Part shown: piece after piece, positions 21,850 through 31,919 of the stretch
How positions within the stretch are numbered: position 1 is the first letter of the stretch
Layout: every line of letters starts with the position of its first letter
Assembly (NCBI GenBank): GCA_000002445.1
Contig: CH464491.1
Span: forward strand, 1,056,001-1,120,000
Direction: 5' to 3'
Length of the DNA: 64,000 bases
From: Trypanosoma brucei
Lineage: Eukaryota
The notes under the pieces: generated by a model
What the model was told of the DNA's origin: nothing
Databases searched by the model: none
The model's input: the letters and a program-made list of their open reading frames with translations, nothing else
Position numbers and translations under genes: made by a program

Positions 21850-22300
21850 CGGTGTCTTTTCTTTTTGTTTCGTCGCCGTCTTTAATTCATCCACCTTCTT
21901 TTTTTTTTCCTGCGGTTCCTCTTGTGATTGTGTGTCATATGAAGTGTTGGAATCTGAGGCACACTCTAAAAATCACGTTGTGGCAACTTCCATGGTTTTT
22001 TTTTCTCCCTTCGACTATCATATTCCCTTTTTATCTTGTTCTTTCTGCTTTTTTTTTCCTTTCCTTTTCTCTACGTTTTTTTTAGTTTAATTGGTTTTCT
22101 TTCGTGACTTTTTTTTTCCTTCTTTTAATGATGTTTACTGGTTTGTTCTGGCGCTTCTTATTATGCCCCTTTCTTTCTTTCTTGCTTCTGGTTTCCGCAT
22201 CCGCTATTTGTACTTTTCTGCTACCGCCGTGAATTGCAAAGTTTCTTCCCTCTTTTTTTTTCCCCCTCTTCTGGTTTTTGTCCATCAACTTGTGTTTTAA
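21850..22300 (+). promoter_or_regulatory. extended polypyrimidine tract region upstream of LeuRS; candidate trans-splicing (SL acceptor) / polyadenylation guide region
   Basis: ~450 nt of C/T-rich sequence ending ~200 nt before ATG 22518 on the sense strand. This is the kinetoplastid convention for pre-mRNA processing signals. Confidence 0.4.
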
Positions 22301-22517
22301 TTATTTTGTATTGTTGTTGTTGTTGGTTCTGATGCTTGACAAGCGGTTTAAGTCAAGCTATTGGTTATAATAGCCAACTGGCGGCAAGTAAACATATTCA
22401 TCGCAACAGTGCTTTAAGGGGAGCAACATACTAAAACAAAATTTCCATAAGGTAGTAAGTGAATAAATAGGGGAATAATATAAAAGCATAAACTCGAAAA
22501 AAAAAAGAAAGAAACTC

Positions 22518-25500
22518 ATGTCGACTGTACGACGTGATAGACTTGTAAGCATCGAAGCCGAGGCACAAGCACGATGGTCGAAGGAGAAAATTTACGAGTT
22601 GGATGCTCCACTAAAAGGTGAAGAAACGCAGCCGAAGTTTTTCACAACGTTTCCGTATCCCTACATGAATGGGCGGTTACATCTCGGTCATACCTTCTCC
22701 CTTACAAAATGTGAGTTTGCCACACGTTTCTGGCGGATGAAAGGGTACCGGTCGTTATGGCCATTTGGTCTTCATGTAACGGGAACGCCCATCGCTGCCT
22801 GCGCACAGAAAATAAAGTTGGAGATGGAACTTTACGGCAACCCTCCACAATTTCCCGCGGAGGTGGAGGACAAACCGTTGGAGAAGAAAGATGAGGTGGC
22901 TACAATTGGTCAACACAAGGGCAAGCGTGGTAAAGCAGGTCCTGCAAAACCACAATGGATTATTATGCGCACGATGGGGATCGAGGAGAGTGAAATACCA
23001 AAATTCGCCGATCCGCTGCACTGGTTTGACTTCTTCCCTCCACTCGCTATTCAAGACTTAAAGCGCCTTGGTTGCCATATTGACTACCGCCGCTCCTTCA
23101 TTACGACGGACCGCAATCCGTATTATGATCGCTTCGTCTCATGGCAGTTCCGAAACCTTCGCAGCTCCAATTACCTCCACTACGGCAAACGATATTGCAT
23201 TTACTCTCCACTGGATAAACAACCTTGTGCTGATCACGACCGAGCAAGTGGTGAGGGCGCCCTGCCGCAAGAATATACCGTTGTTAAGCTGAAGGTAAAG
23301 AATCCCCTGGAGCAGCCGGCACTTGCACCATTCAGCGAAATTATTGGTAATCGTTCAGTGATTCTTCCGGGGGCGACTCTGCGCCCGGAGACGGTCATTG
23401 GCCAAACAAACTGTTGGGTTTCTCCCAACTTCTCGTACATGGCATACAGCATTCTTAATGGCACTGGGGAGGAGGAGATTTACATTATGACTTCTCGGGC
23501 TGCGAGAAACCTTGCCTATCAGAACTTTACGGTGAACGGGAAAACTGGTGTGGACCCGTCGCCACTGTTTGAGGTGGATGGTGCCAAACTCATTGGTCTG
23601 CCGCTCTCTGCACCTTTGTGCCCGTACGATACGATTTACACACTTCCAATGCAAAGCATCATTGAGACAAAAGGTACTGGTGTGGTTATGTCCGTTCCGG
23701 CTGATAGCCCAGACGACTACATCAACTACGTGCAACTTGTGAACAAACCCGACTATCGGGCGAAGCTTGGTTTGAAAGACGAGTGGGTAGCTAATAAAAT
23801 TGTTTCACTAATTGAGGTTCCAGGGGAAATGGGCCGTGAAAGTGCCAAATACATGTGTGAGAAACTGAAGATTAACGGCCCCAATGCCACGGATTTGCTT
23901 GAGGAGGCCAAGAAGGTAATTTATCAAGCTGGGTTCTACCAAGGCGTGATGATTGCTGGGCCATTCGCGGGTGAGAAGGTTTCCGCTGCGAAGGTGAAGA
24001 CAGTGAAACTTCTGGAGGAGCAGAACGCCGCCATTCGTTACTACGAACCCGCGCGCATCGTCGTTAGTCGTTCAGGGGAGGAATGTGTTGTCGCCCTATG
24101 CGACCAGTGGTACATTGAATACGGCAAGGAGGAGTGGAAGGAGATGGTTATGCGGCACCTAAAGAACATGAACCTGGCTCCTGTCGTCCGCAATGGGTTC
24201 GAGGAGACACTCAATTGGCTTGCCGACTGGCCATGCAGCCGCAACTTTGGGCTTGGGACCAAGTTCCCCTCTGACGAAGGAGGGACAATGATTATCGACA
24301 GCTTGAGTGACTCCACCATCTATATGGCGTACTACACAATTGCTCACTTCTTGCACAAGGGGGCCGATGGTATTCACCGTCTTGACGCGCATCACGAAAA
24401 TGCGCTTGGTGTGGAGCCGGAAATGTTCACAGATGAGACATTCGATTACATTTTCCGCGGTAGAGGCACACCGGAGTCCGTTCATGCTGTTAATGGTCTC
24501 CCCACAGAAGCGGCCGAAAAGATGCGGCGGGAATTTTTATATTGGTATCCTGTTGACCTCCGGTGCTCTGGGAAGGATCTCATTCAAAACCACCTAACGA
24601 TGTTTCTCTATAATCATGCGGCGATTTGGCCCGACGACGAGAGCAAGTGGCCGCGATCGGTTTTCGCCAACGGTCACGTCCTCGTAGACAACGAAAAAAT
24701 GTCCAAATCGAAGGGGAATTTCATGACATTAGAGGAGGCAATAAACGAATACGGCAGTGACGCAACTCGCCTGGCCTGCGCGGATGCAGGTGACACATTG
24801 GATGACGCGAACTTTGTCCGTGAAACCGCTACAGGATTTATTATGAAATTAACGACAGTAATTGATGGGTCGGAGGAGCTGTTGAAGAACAAAAGATCTC
24901 TGCGGGGCGGAGAGTTTAACATTTTTGATAGAATATTCAGCAACACCATTAATACTATCATCATTCGCGTGGAAAAGTACTACACAAATATGCAGTTCCG
25001 CAATGTGCTTAATGCGGCCTACCATGAGTTGTCTAACGAGTTCAGTCAGTACAAACTGAACTGTGACACGATGCAAATGCATGCGGATCTTGCTGAACGT
25101 TACCTCGAGGTGATAACACTCCTCCTCGCCCCTATTGCCCCCCACTTTTCAGAGTACATGTGGACGACTGTGCTTGGTCGAAAAACTTCTGTTGTACTGG
25201 AACCGTTTCCGAAGGTAACGGCCCCTGTCGAGTATGCCACACTTGTTGCGAGTCGCGTTTTGACAGATGTCGTGAAGGAGATCCGTGCGCAGGTAACGAA
25301 AGCACAAAAGAAACGTGGCCCCATCACTGAGGTTTGTGTGTACACTTCTGGTGCCTACTCCGAGTGGCAGGTGAAGGCGCTTGGGCTTCTACGCGAGTTG
25401 TATGAGGCCAACAACAAGTCATTTCCCGCAGAGTTCTCGAAGGCTGTGATGGCGCGGCGGCAGGACTGGATGACAAAAGATATCCTTCCCGATGTGATGG

Positions 25501-25742
25501 CTTTTGTTTCTTTCACCAAAATGAACGTGGAGCAGTACGGGGAGGAGGCGCTAGCATCAACTCCAGCAATTAACGACATGGAAGTATTGAAGGAGGTACA
25601 TGCGAGCGTATGCAAGTTATCAGGTGTGCCAACGGTACATATTCTATCCAATGAAGACGAGACGTACACAGAACATCGTGTGGCACGTAAGAAGTGCCGT
25701 CCGGGTGAGCCTTCCGTAGCCTTTCCGGACAAGAAGGCATGA
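22518..25742 (+). CDS. LeuRS: leucyl-tRNA synthetase, cytosolic (archaeal/eukaryotic) type
   Basis: 1074 aa. Class I signature PYMNGRLHLGHTFS (HIGH variant HLGH) and KMSKS (DNEKMSKSKGNF). Overall architecture with CP1 editing insert and C-terminal extension typical of eukaryotic cytosolic LeuRS. Confidence 0.9.
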   Translation: MSTVRRDRLVSIEAEAQARWSKEKIYELDAPLKGEETQPKFFTTFPYPYMNGRLHLGHTFSLTKCEFATRFWRMKGYRSLWPFGLHVTGTPIAACAQKIKLEMELYGNPPQFPAEVEDKPLEKKDEVATIGQHKGKRGKAGPAKPQWIIMRTMGIEESEIPKFADPLHWFDFFPPLAIQDLKRLGCHIDYRRSFITTDRNPYYDRFVSWQFRNLRSSNYLHYGKRYCIYSPLDKQPCADHDRASGEGALPQEYTVVKLKVKNPLEQPALAPFSEIIGNRSVILPGATLRPETVIGQTNCWVSPNFSYMAYSILNGTGEEEIYIMTSRAARNLAYQNFTVNGKTGVDPSPLFEVDGAKLIGLPLSAPLCPYDTIYTLPMQSIIETKGTGVVMSVPADSPDDYINYVQLVNKPDYRAKLGLKDEWVANKIVSLIEVPGEMGRESAKYMCEKLKINGPNATDLLEEAKKVIYQAGFYQGVMIAGPFAGEKVSAAKVKTVKLLEEQNAAIRYYEPARIVVSRSGEECVVALCDQWYIEYGKEEWKEMVMRHLKNMNLAPVVRNGFEETLNWLADWPCSRNFGLGTKFPSDEGGTMIIDSLSDSTIYMAYYTIAHFLHKGADGIHRLDAHHENALGVEPEMFTDETFDYIFRGRGTPESVHAVNGLPTEAAEKMRREFLYWYPVDLRCSGKDLIQNHLTMFLYNHAAIWPDDESKWPRSVFANGHVLVDNEKMSKSKGNFMTLEEAINEYGSDATRLACADAGDTLDDANFVRETATGFIMKLTTVIDGSEELLKNKRSLRGGEFNIFDRIFSNTINTIIIRVEKYYTNMQFRNVLNAAYHELSNEFSQYKLNCDTMQMHADLAERYLEVITLLLAPIAPHFSEYMWTTVLGRKTSVVLEPFPKVTAPVEYATLVASRVLTDVVKEIRAQVTKAQKKRGPITEVCVYTSGAYSEWQVKALGLLRELYEANNKSFPAEFSKAVMARRQDWMTKDILPDVMAFVSFTKMNVEQYGEEALASTPAINDMEVLKEVHASVCKLSGVPTVHILSNEDETYTEHRVARKKCRPGEPSVAFPDKKA

Positions 25743-26073
25743 GTTGATTTTTCATAAGGTTTGTTGAGAATACACCATTATAACGCGTGCCCTTGCAAGC
25801 TTGTGAAGAGACGAAAAGCCAAAAGGGAAGGTTGAAAACAGGAGTGAATAATATATATATATTTTTTTTTTTCTGGGGAATCTGGAAGGGGGATGAGGAC
25901 ATGTGTCAATACTGATCAAGGGAGGTGAGGTCGGTGAAGCTCTAGTTTTTCCCCCTGACTTATAACCTTTAAAAGAAGGATTTCCCTTATGTTATTTCGT
26001 GATGCGTGAGTGTATAGATGCGCGTGATAAAATGTTTGATGAGAGAAGGGAGCTGACATGTTTGCTATCGTGT

Positions 26074-26113
26074 CAAAAGGAGGGGAAAAGGGTTACATTT
26101 TCCCCTCCTTTTG
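26074..26113. repeat. perfect 16-bp inverted repeat (hairpin; stem caaaaggaggggaaaa / ttttcccctccttttg, 8-nt loop gggttaca)
   Basis: Read directly: 26074-26089 is the exact reverse complement of 26098-26113. Lies in the LeuRS-RPT2 spacer. Confidence 0.9.
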
Positions 26114-26726
26114 TCTTTGGTTGTGCCCGGTAGTGCTCACACAAATCTCATTTTTGTTTTCTACATCGTCCCGTTCTCCACTTATCCTGCATTTTGGCGT
26201 GCTGCCATCTGTGCACCATCGCATCCCGCAGTGCGAAAGCCACTTCAACTCCTTTCCCCATTTTCCTCCTGCGCTGCTGAATGTGCATTCGTAAGAGAAG
26301 GCAACGTGGCTTTCATGTTTTTATCGCGAAAACAATATATATATATATATATTTATTTGTTTATTCATTACTGAATTCCCGGATAATGCAACAATTGGTA
26401 ATTGGTTATAGTTATAAATGAACTATTAAGGAGGTGGTGCTTTACCCTCACTCGCTGTCACTCTTCTTTGGTGTTAGTGTCAACGAAACGTCTTTTTTTA
26501 AAGTCGTAAACCCCATGCTAGTCACGTTTAACCGCTTCCTCTCCCCCCCCTTTCCCCTCGTATCATTCTTTAGGAAGGTGATTTGGCAACTATATTGTTG
26601 AAACCCCTCTTAGACGCTTCTACATTCCTTGTATTGAACGCATATTGCCGTCACTGCGGTAACTTCATTTAGTTACTTTCCTTTCTGTGCTTCTTTTTGT
26701 AGAACGCAGGTGCCGGTTTGAGAGGA

Positions 26727-28040
26727 ATGGGGCAAGCAGGTGGGAAGGAGCAGAAGCGCCAACAGGAGAAATGGGAACCTCCGGTGGCGACGGATATTGG
26801 AAAAAAGAAGAAGCGTCATGGCCCTGATGCGGCGGCAAAACTGCCGAAGATATACCCCTCCAGGGCCTGCCTCTTGAAGCAACTACGTCTTGAGCGGTGC
26901 AAAGACTACCTATTGTTGGAGGATGAACTACTCACAATGATTACGTCGCAGTGGGACGCACAGGAAAATCTTGAGGAGGGTGCCATGTCACATTATGAAG
27001 CAGAACTAAGCAAAGTAGATGCTTTGCGTGGGATGCCACTCGAGGTCGGCACCCTTGAGGAGGTTATCGACGATACGCATGCCATAGTTTCCACAGCCGG
27101 CTCGGAGTACTACGTTGCGATGCTTTCGTTCGTTGATAAGGAAAAGTTGGAACTTGGTTGCAGCGTGCTACTCCATGACCGCTACCATAATGTTGTGGGA
27201 CTTCTGGAGAGTAACACAGATCCGCTCGTAAGTGTCATGAAGGTTGATAAGGCACCGCAGGAAACCTATGCTGATATTGGCGGATTAGAGGATCAGATTC
27301 AGGAGATAAAAGAGGCGGTTGAGTTCCCTTTGTCACATCCTGAATTGTTTGATGAAGTCGGCGTAAAGCCACCGAAAGGAGTTATCCTCTACGGTGTCCC
27401 AGGCACTGGTAAGACTTTGCTCGCAAAAGCTGTGGCAAATCAAACGAGTGCCACGTTCCTGCGTGTGGTGGGGTCTGAACTTATTCAAAAATACTCCGGT
27501 GAAGGACCCAAACTCGTCCGGGAATTGTTTCGTGTGGCTGAGGAAAACAGTCCGTCCATCGTTTTTATCGATGAAATTGATGCAATCGGGACAAAAAGGT
27601 ACGATACAGACAGCGGTGGCGCCAAAGAAGTGCAGCGTACCATGTTGGAGTTGCTCACTCAACTCGATGGATTTGATAGCTGTAATGATGTGAAGGTCAT
27701 TATGGCAACAAATCGCATCGAAACATTGGATCCGGCGCTCATTCGTCCGGGCCGTATCGACCGGAAGATTGAGTTCCCGTTTCCCGATGAGAAGACAAAG
27801 AAGATGATTTTTGAGATTCACACGAGCCGCATGTCCCTAGCAGAGGATGTTGATCTGTCGGAGTTCATCCACGCAAAAGACGAGATGAGCGGGGCTGATA
27901 TCAAAGCCATTTGTACCGAGGCTGGTCTCCTGGCCTTGCGCGACCGGCGCATGAAAGTATGTCAGTCCGATTTCGTAAAGGGAAAAGAAAATGTGCAATA
28001 CCGCAAGGATAAGGGTCGCTTCTCCAAGTTTTACCTTTAG
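26727..28040 (+). CDS. RPT2: 26S proteasome regulatory ATPase subunit RPT2 (PSMC1/S4)
   Basis: Near collinear match to PSMC1 along its length: N-terminal MGQ..., PPVPTRVGKKKKK-like basic tract, Walker A GVPGTGKT, Walker [24 protein letters not shown]-terminal hydrophobic-Tyr-X (FYL). First ATG is 26727. Confidence 0.9.
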   Translation: MGQAGGKEQKRQQEKWEPPVATDIGKKKKRHGPDAAAKLPKIYPSRACLLKQLRLERCKDYLLLEDELLTMITSQWDAQENLEEGAMSHYEAELSKVDALRGMPLEVGTLEEVIDDTHAIVSTAGSEYYVAMLSFVDKEKLELGCSVLLHDRYHNVVGLLESNTDPLVSVMKVDKAPQETYADIGGLEDQIQEIKEAVEFPLSHPELFDEVGVKPPKGVILYGVPGTGKTLLAKAVANQTSATFLRVVGSELIQKYSGEGPKLVRELFRVAEENSPSIVFIDEIDAIGTKRYDTDSGGAKEVQRTMLELLTQLDGFDSCNDVKVIMATNRIETLDPALIRPGRIDRKIEFPFPDEKTKKMIFEIHTSRMSLAEDVDLSEFIHAKDEMSGADIKAICTEAGLLALRDRRMKVCQSDFVKGKENVQYRKDKGRFSKFYL

Positions 28041-28814
28041 CGGCGTGGTCGGGAATGAGTTGTGTGGGAGGCGGGATGGGTGTAAAAGTCATGCAAAGCA
28101 CAGGGAAAGGCCACAATTCCATATGTGTTTCGACTTTTCTAGTGGCCGCTCGTTCCCTTTAAACTCGTTTCCCTCACTGTCCCGCCTACACCAAAGGTTG
28201 TGGAGTGCCTTTTCTCCCATAATCCCCTCATTTATTACTTCCCTCTGATGAATCTGACAGATGTTGAGTGAATACAGGACTGTGTGTGCGCATGTGTAGT
28301 TGGGTTATATATGCGTCCGCACCGTGAAGAGAAACGACGAGACCGTTGATGTTTCTGGTGTCATGAAACGTACAAAATGATGATTTCCCCCCCTTTCATC
28401 TTCTGACACCTTGCGCAGTACATTTTCAGCGTTTCTATGCATATTACAAATATGTGGGGCAAGTAAAACCGTTTTCTTTTTGTTGGTTCTGTTTTGCACT
28501 ACTTTGCGGTATATCGTCTCCCCGTCTTGTTGTTCCCTTTATTTTGCATTCGCCACAAACGCGGCCTTTGGTTTCCACAGTAGACACGCAAAATACAATC
28601 AGTAAATAAAAAGGTAGCGCAGAGGCGACAGGTGGCACTGACAGTTTGCCACTTTTAACGCACTTGTCTCTGCAAGATAGCAGGGAGGCTGTTATCTTTC
28701 TTTTCGGTTGAAGCTGTTTTTTTTTTTTTGTTCTATAGGTGTATTTATATTCTTTTTTTGTTATTATTATCGTTACCCTTGGAAGACAGCCAATCACTTT
28801 GTTGAGTCGCAGGA

Positions 28815-29735
28815 ATGATGCTCGCAGTTATCGTAGCTTTTGCGGTCATTTTTTTTGTTACGTTGGCTCTTGCCGGCCGGGGGCTTCTTCCTTTTTATCG
28901 TTATCCTCCCATCGCCCTCAACCCAGACGTATATCAGTCGTTCAAACTTGTGAAGAAAACTCGCGTGACGCATGATTCTTTCATTTTTCGCTTTGCCCTC
29001 CACGCCTCGCATCAATGCCTTGGTTTACCGACGGGTCACCACATTCGGTTCCGTGTCGCGTCCAAACACAACTTTACGGGCACCCCACAAGTTGTTCAGC
29101 ACTCTTACACTCCCATTTCATCAAATGACGACAAGGGATTCGTGGATTTCCTTGTGAAAATATATTACAAGGGCTCCAATCCGGCATTCCCCAACGGTGG
29201 GCGGCTCTCACAACATCTTGACAGTTTGTCCATTGGTGAGGCTGTGGAGATGTTGGGCCCAGTGGGGAAGTTTCAGTACATGGGAAACGGTGACTATACG
29301 GTGGAGATGGGTAAGGGAGAGGTAAAGCGGCAGCATGTAGCTGGTTTTGCAATGGTTGCTGGTGGTACAGGGATTACACCAATGATGCAAATTATTCATG
29401 CCATACTTAAATCACCTGAGGATCCCACGCGGCTTTGGTTAGTCTATTCCAACCACACAGAAGAGGACATTTTACTGCGGGATGCACTAGCCGAGGCATG
29501 TAAGGACCCGCGTGTGAAGGTATGGCACACTCTCACTCGCAGTGCCCCCCCGGATTGGGCGTATGGAAGAGGGCGTGTTAACGAAGAGATGCTTCGCACT
29601 CACCTCCCCCCACCGCAGCTGGAGGAGGGCTCAGTAACCGTATTGTTATGTGGTCCCCCGCTTATGCTTCAGGACGCAGTGAAGCCAAACCTGCTCAACA
29701 TTGGGTACTCACAAGACAATATATTTACCTTTTAA
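28815..29735 (+). CDS. NADH-cytochrome b5 reductase, N-terminally membrane-anchored
   Basis: N-terminal hydrophobic helix MMLAVIVAFAVIFFVTLALAG. FAD motif VVQHSYTPISSNDDKGFVDFLVKIYYK (compare RPYTPISS...KGFVDLVIKVY). NADH motif GGTGITPM. CGPPLM near C-terminus. Confidence 0.85.
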   Translation: MMLAVIVAFAVIFFVTLALAGRGLLPFYRYPPIALNPDVYQSFKLVKKTRVTHDSFIFRFALHASHQCLGLPTGHHIRFRVASKHNFTGTPQVVQHSYTPISSNDDKGFVDFLVKIYYKGSNPAFPNGGRLSQHLDSLSIGEAVEMLGPVGKFQYMGNGDYTVEMGKGEVKRQHVAGFAMVAGGTGITPMMQIIHAILKSPEDPTRLWLVYSNHTEEDILLRDALAEACKDPRVKVWHTLTRSAPPDWAYGRGRVNEEMLRTHLPPPQLEEGSVTVLLCGPPLMLQDAVKPNLLNIGYSQDNIFTF

Positions 29736-30821
29736 TGAAACGTTCAGTAGGGTTTGTTGTTGGTGTTGTTGGGGGCAAAGGGAGCGTCGCAAATTCAAGT
29801 GCTCTAGCGGACGAGTGTAAATAATATGAACAATAAAACACAACCGAGCACGTGCCAACAAATGGTGGCACGCATAGCCAGTTGGCACAAAGACTGCACT
29901 GGAGCTGCTCCCTTGTGCATCGTCTCTCCATAATCCCCTTCTTCGGTCGTAATCATGCGACGCAAATTTACAATAACAAATTAATCAGCTCAGTGAGGTT
30001 AAGGCACCGAGACACATTTCTGTACAGTTGTTACAACAGGTGGAATGAATGAGGAATGAGGGAGAGGGGATCAGAAAAGTACTCAACTGTGGTTGCTTGT
30101 CGCGGTGTTTCGTGCAGCTTTCTTTCAGTGAAGAAATGGTTATCGTACGATCGTATTTTACCCCACATACACTCCGTTTTCTTGCCTTAATATGATACGG
30201 TGTGGAAGCAAAACTCTGACAGTGATTTCCCCTCGCTCGTGTATTTTACCCGTCGTAACGAAATGATATTTTCCGTGCTCTCTTTTCTTCTTTTCACCGC
30301 CAGGCCGCAGAGACGGTTAGGTTTGGGAGTGATACCGTTTTGTTTTTTTTTGTTTTTTTTGTAAAGGAGAGAATAATAAAGACAAAGTGTTCTGTAACCT
30401 TCCTCTTTTGTGTGTGGAAAAATAAAAGAGGATACAAAGAGGGGAGAGAGGCGTATAGTCATCAAAGTTCCCGAGCGGGAAGAGAAGAAAAGGGGGAAAA
30501 AGTAAAGGGACAGGAAAAGAGGTCGAAATACTCGTTCGTCTACAGTCTTTGCCTTCTTTCAGCTGTGACTGAAGCGGGGAACTCAAGTACACTTTTATTT
30601 GGGTGGGGGAAGTGAGAGTAGGTTCTCTAAAAAAGAATTTAACGTCCGCTGCGTCACACACACACACACACTCATATACATATATAGGAAACTAGGGGGA
30701 AAAGGTAAGAAGAAGGGAGTAGGTAATTGTAAACGATAAGAGCCTGTCAAAAGGTACAGGTAAATCGACAGAAACAAACAGTAGGGACACATTTTCACTT
30801 CCAACCGACCCAAATACATAT

Positions 30822-31544
30822 ATGGAAACGAAAGAGAGTTGCAGGGAGCAGGACCCTGACGTGGTGTGTGGACAGGAAGAAGCACAAACCCCTGAAGCCA
30901 CATGTGGGGAAGAAGCGACAGAAACACAAGAGGCGCCCGAGGCTACAGAAATGAAAGGAGAGGAACAACAGGACGACAATCCTTCGTGTGAAAATGAGGA
31001 AGCACAAAACGCCGGTGCTCCCCCTGATGAAGAGGAGGGAGACGTAACCGAACCCCCGGATGCAGCAGCCGGGTCCCATACGTCACAGGAAGCTGGAGTG
31101 AACTCCGTTACTGCTGAAGGGGGTTCCGCTTGCACTTCCCCAAAGGGCGTAAGTGTTACGGCACCTTCACCTACTGAAGACAATTTTCCGGATCGACAAC
31201 CACAAATTCGACGGCGGTTGTCATGTGCAGGGCTGCGAATCGGGGAACACTCGCGTCAGGTCGATGAGGAATACGGTTATCCTCCGTCACATTATCACAC
31301 ACTTACTGTGAATTGCGGTGGTGCCAACGGGGATGGCGATAATATTAACTGTGGGCAACCCTTTGCTCCCATGGCGAGGGGAGTGGGACTTGTTGATCTT
31401 CCGTCCATGTATGCGAAAAAAGATAACGCTAATGGAGATGCCGTTCTCCCAGCCGCCTCACTGTTTGCGCATGGAAGCCCGGGGGAGGAATGGGAATCCA
31501 CCTTCACCGTTAAGATGGGTTTACATGCCAATGATGATGACTGA
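30822..31544 (+). CDS. acidic (D/E-rich) hypothetical protein, probably intrinsically disordered N-terminal half
   Basis: 240-aa ORF with coding-like codon usage. N-terminus very E/D/T/P-rich; no domain recognised. Confidence 0.4.
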   Translation: METKESCREQDPDVVCGQEEAQTPEATCGEEATETQEAPEATEMKGEEQQDDNPSCENEEAQNAGAPPDEEEGDVTEPPDAAAGSHTSQEAGVNSVTAEGGSACTSPKGVSVTAPSPTEDNFPDRQPQIRRRLSCAGLRIGEHSRQVDEEYGYPPSHYHTLTVNCGGANGDGDNINCGQPFAPMARGVGLVDLPSMYAKKDNANGDAVLPAASLFAHGSPGEEWESTFTVKMGLHANDDD

Positions 31545-31785
31545 TTGAAATGGTGTTATTGTTCGCCCTGCGAGGTCCTTTCTTTTCATTTTCTTTCCTT
31601 TTGTTTTATTTTATTCTTATCCTTATTATTTTATACCATTGTTTTAAGCAGCAACTAGTTTACTCCGTTTTCCTCCTTTTTTTTTTTGCGTCTGTGTTTT
31701 GTAACACTATTGCTTGTAGGGTGAGAATGGGATATTCCGCTAAGGAGGGAGAGGGGTTACAAAAGAAGAAAAAAAAAAGAAAAGA

Positions 31786-31813
31786 ATGGGATGGGATGGG
31801 ATGGGATGGATGG
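31786..31813. repeat. (ATGGG)4(ATGG)2 microsatellite immediately 5' of the 23-bp inverted repeat
   Basis: atgggatgggatgggatgggatggatgg read directly. Confidence 0.9.
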
Positions 31814-31822
31814 ATGAGAAGG

Positions 31823-31919
31823 GGGGGGACACAAATCCAACATAACCTGAAGAAGAGCGTACTTTTGCATGCGTATGTTTTTTTTTGTGTGTGTGATTAT
31901 GTTGGATTTGTGTCCCCCC
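31823..31919. repeat. perfect 23-bp inverted repeat (ggggggacacaaatccaacataa ... ttatgttggatttgtgtcccccc) with 51-nt spacer
   Basis: 31823-31845 is the exact reverse complement of 31897-31919. Both + and - ORF-track translations in this region show the mirrored peptides GTQIQHN / YVGFVSP. Confidence 0.9.
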
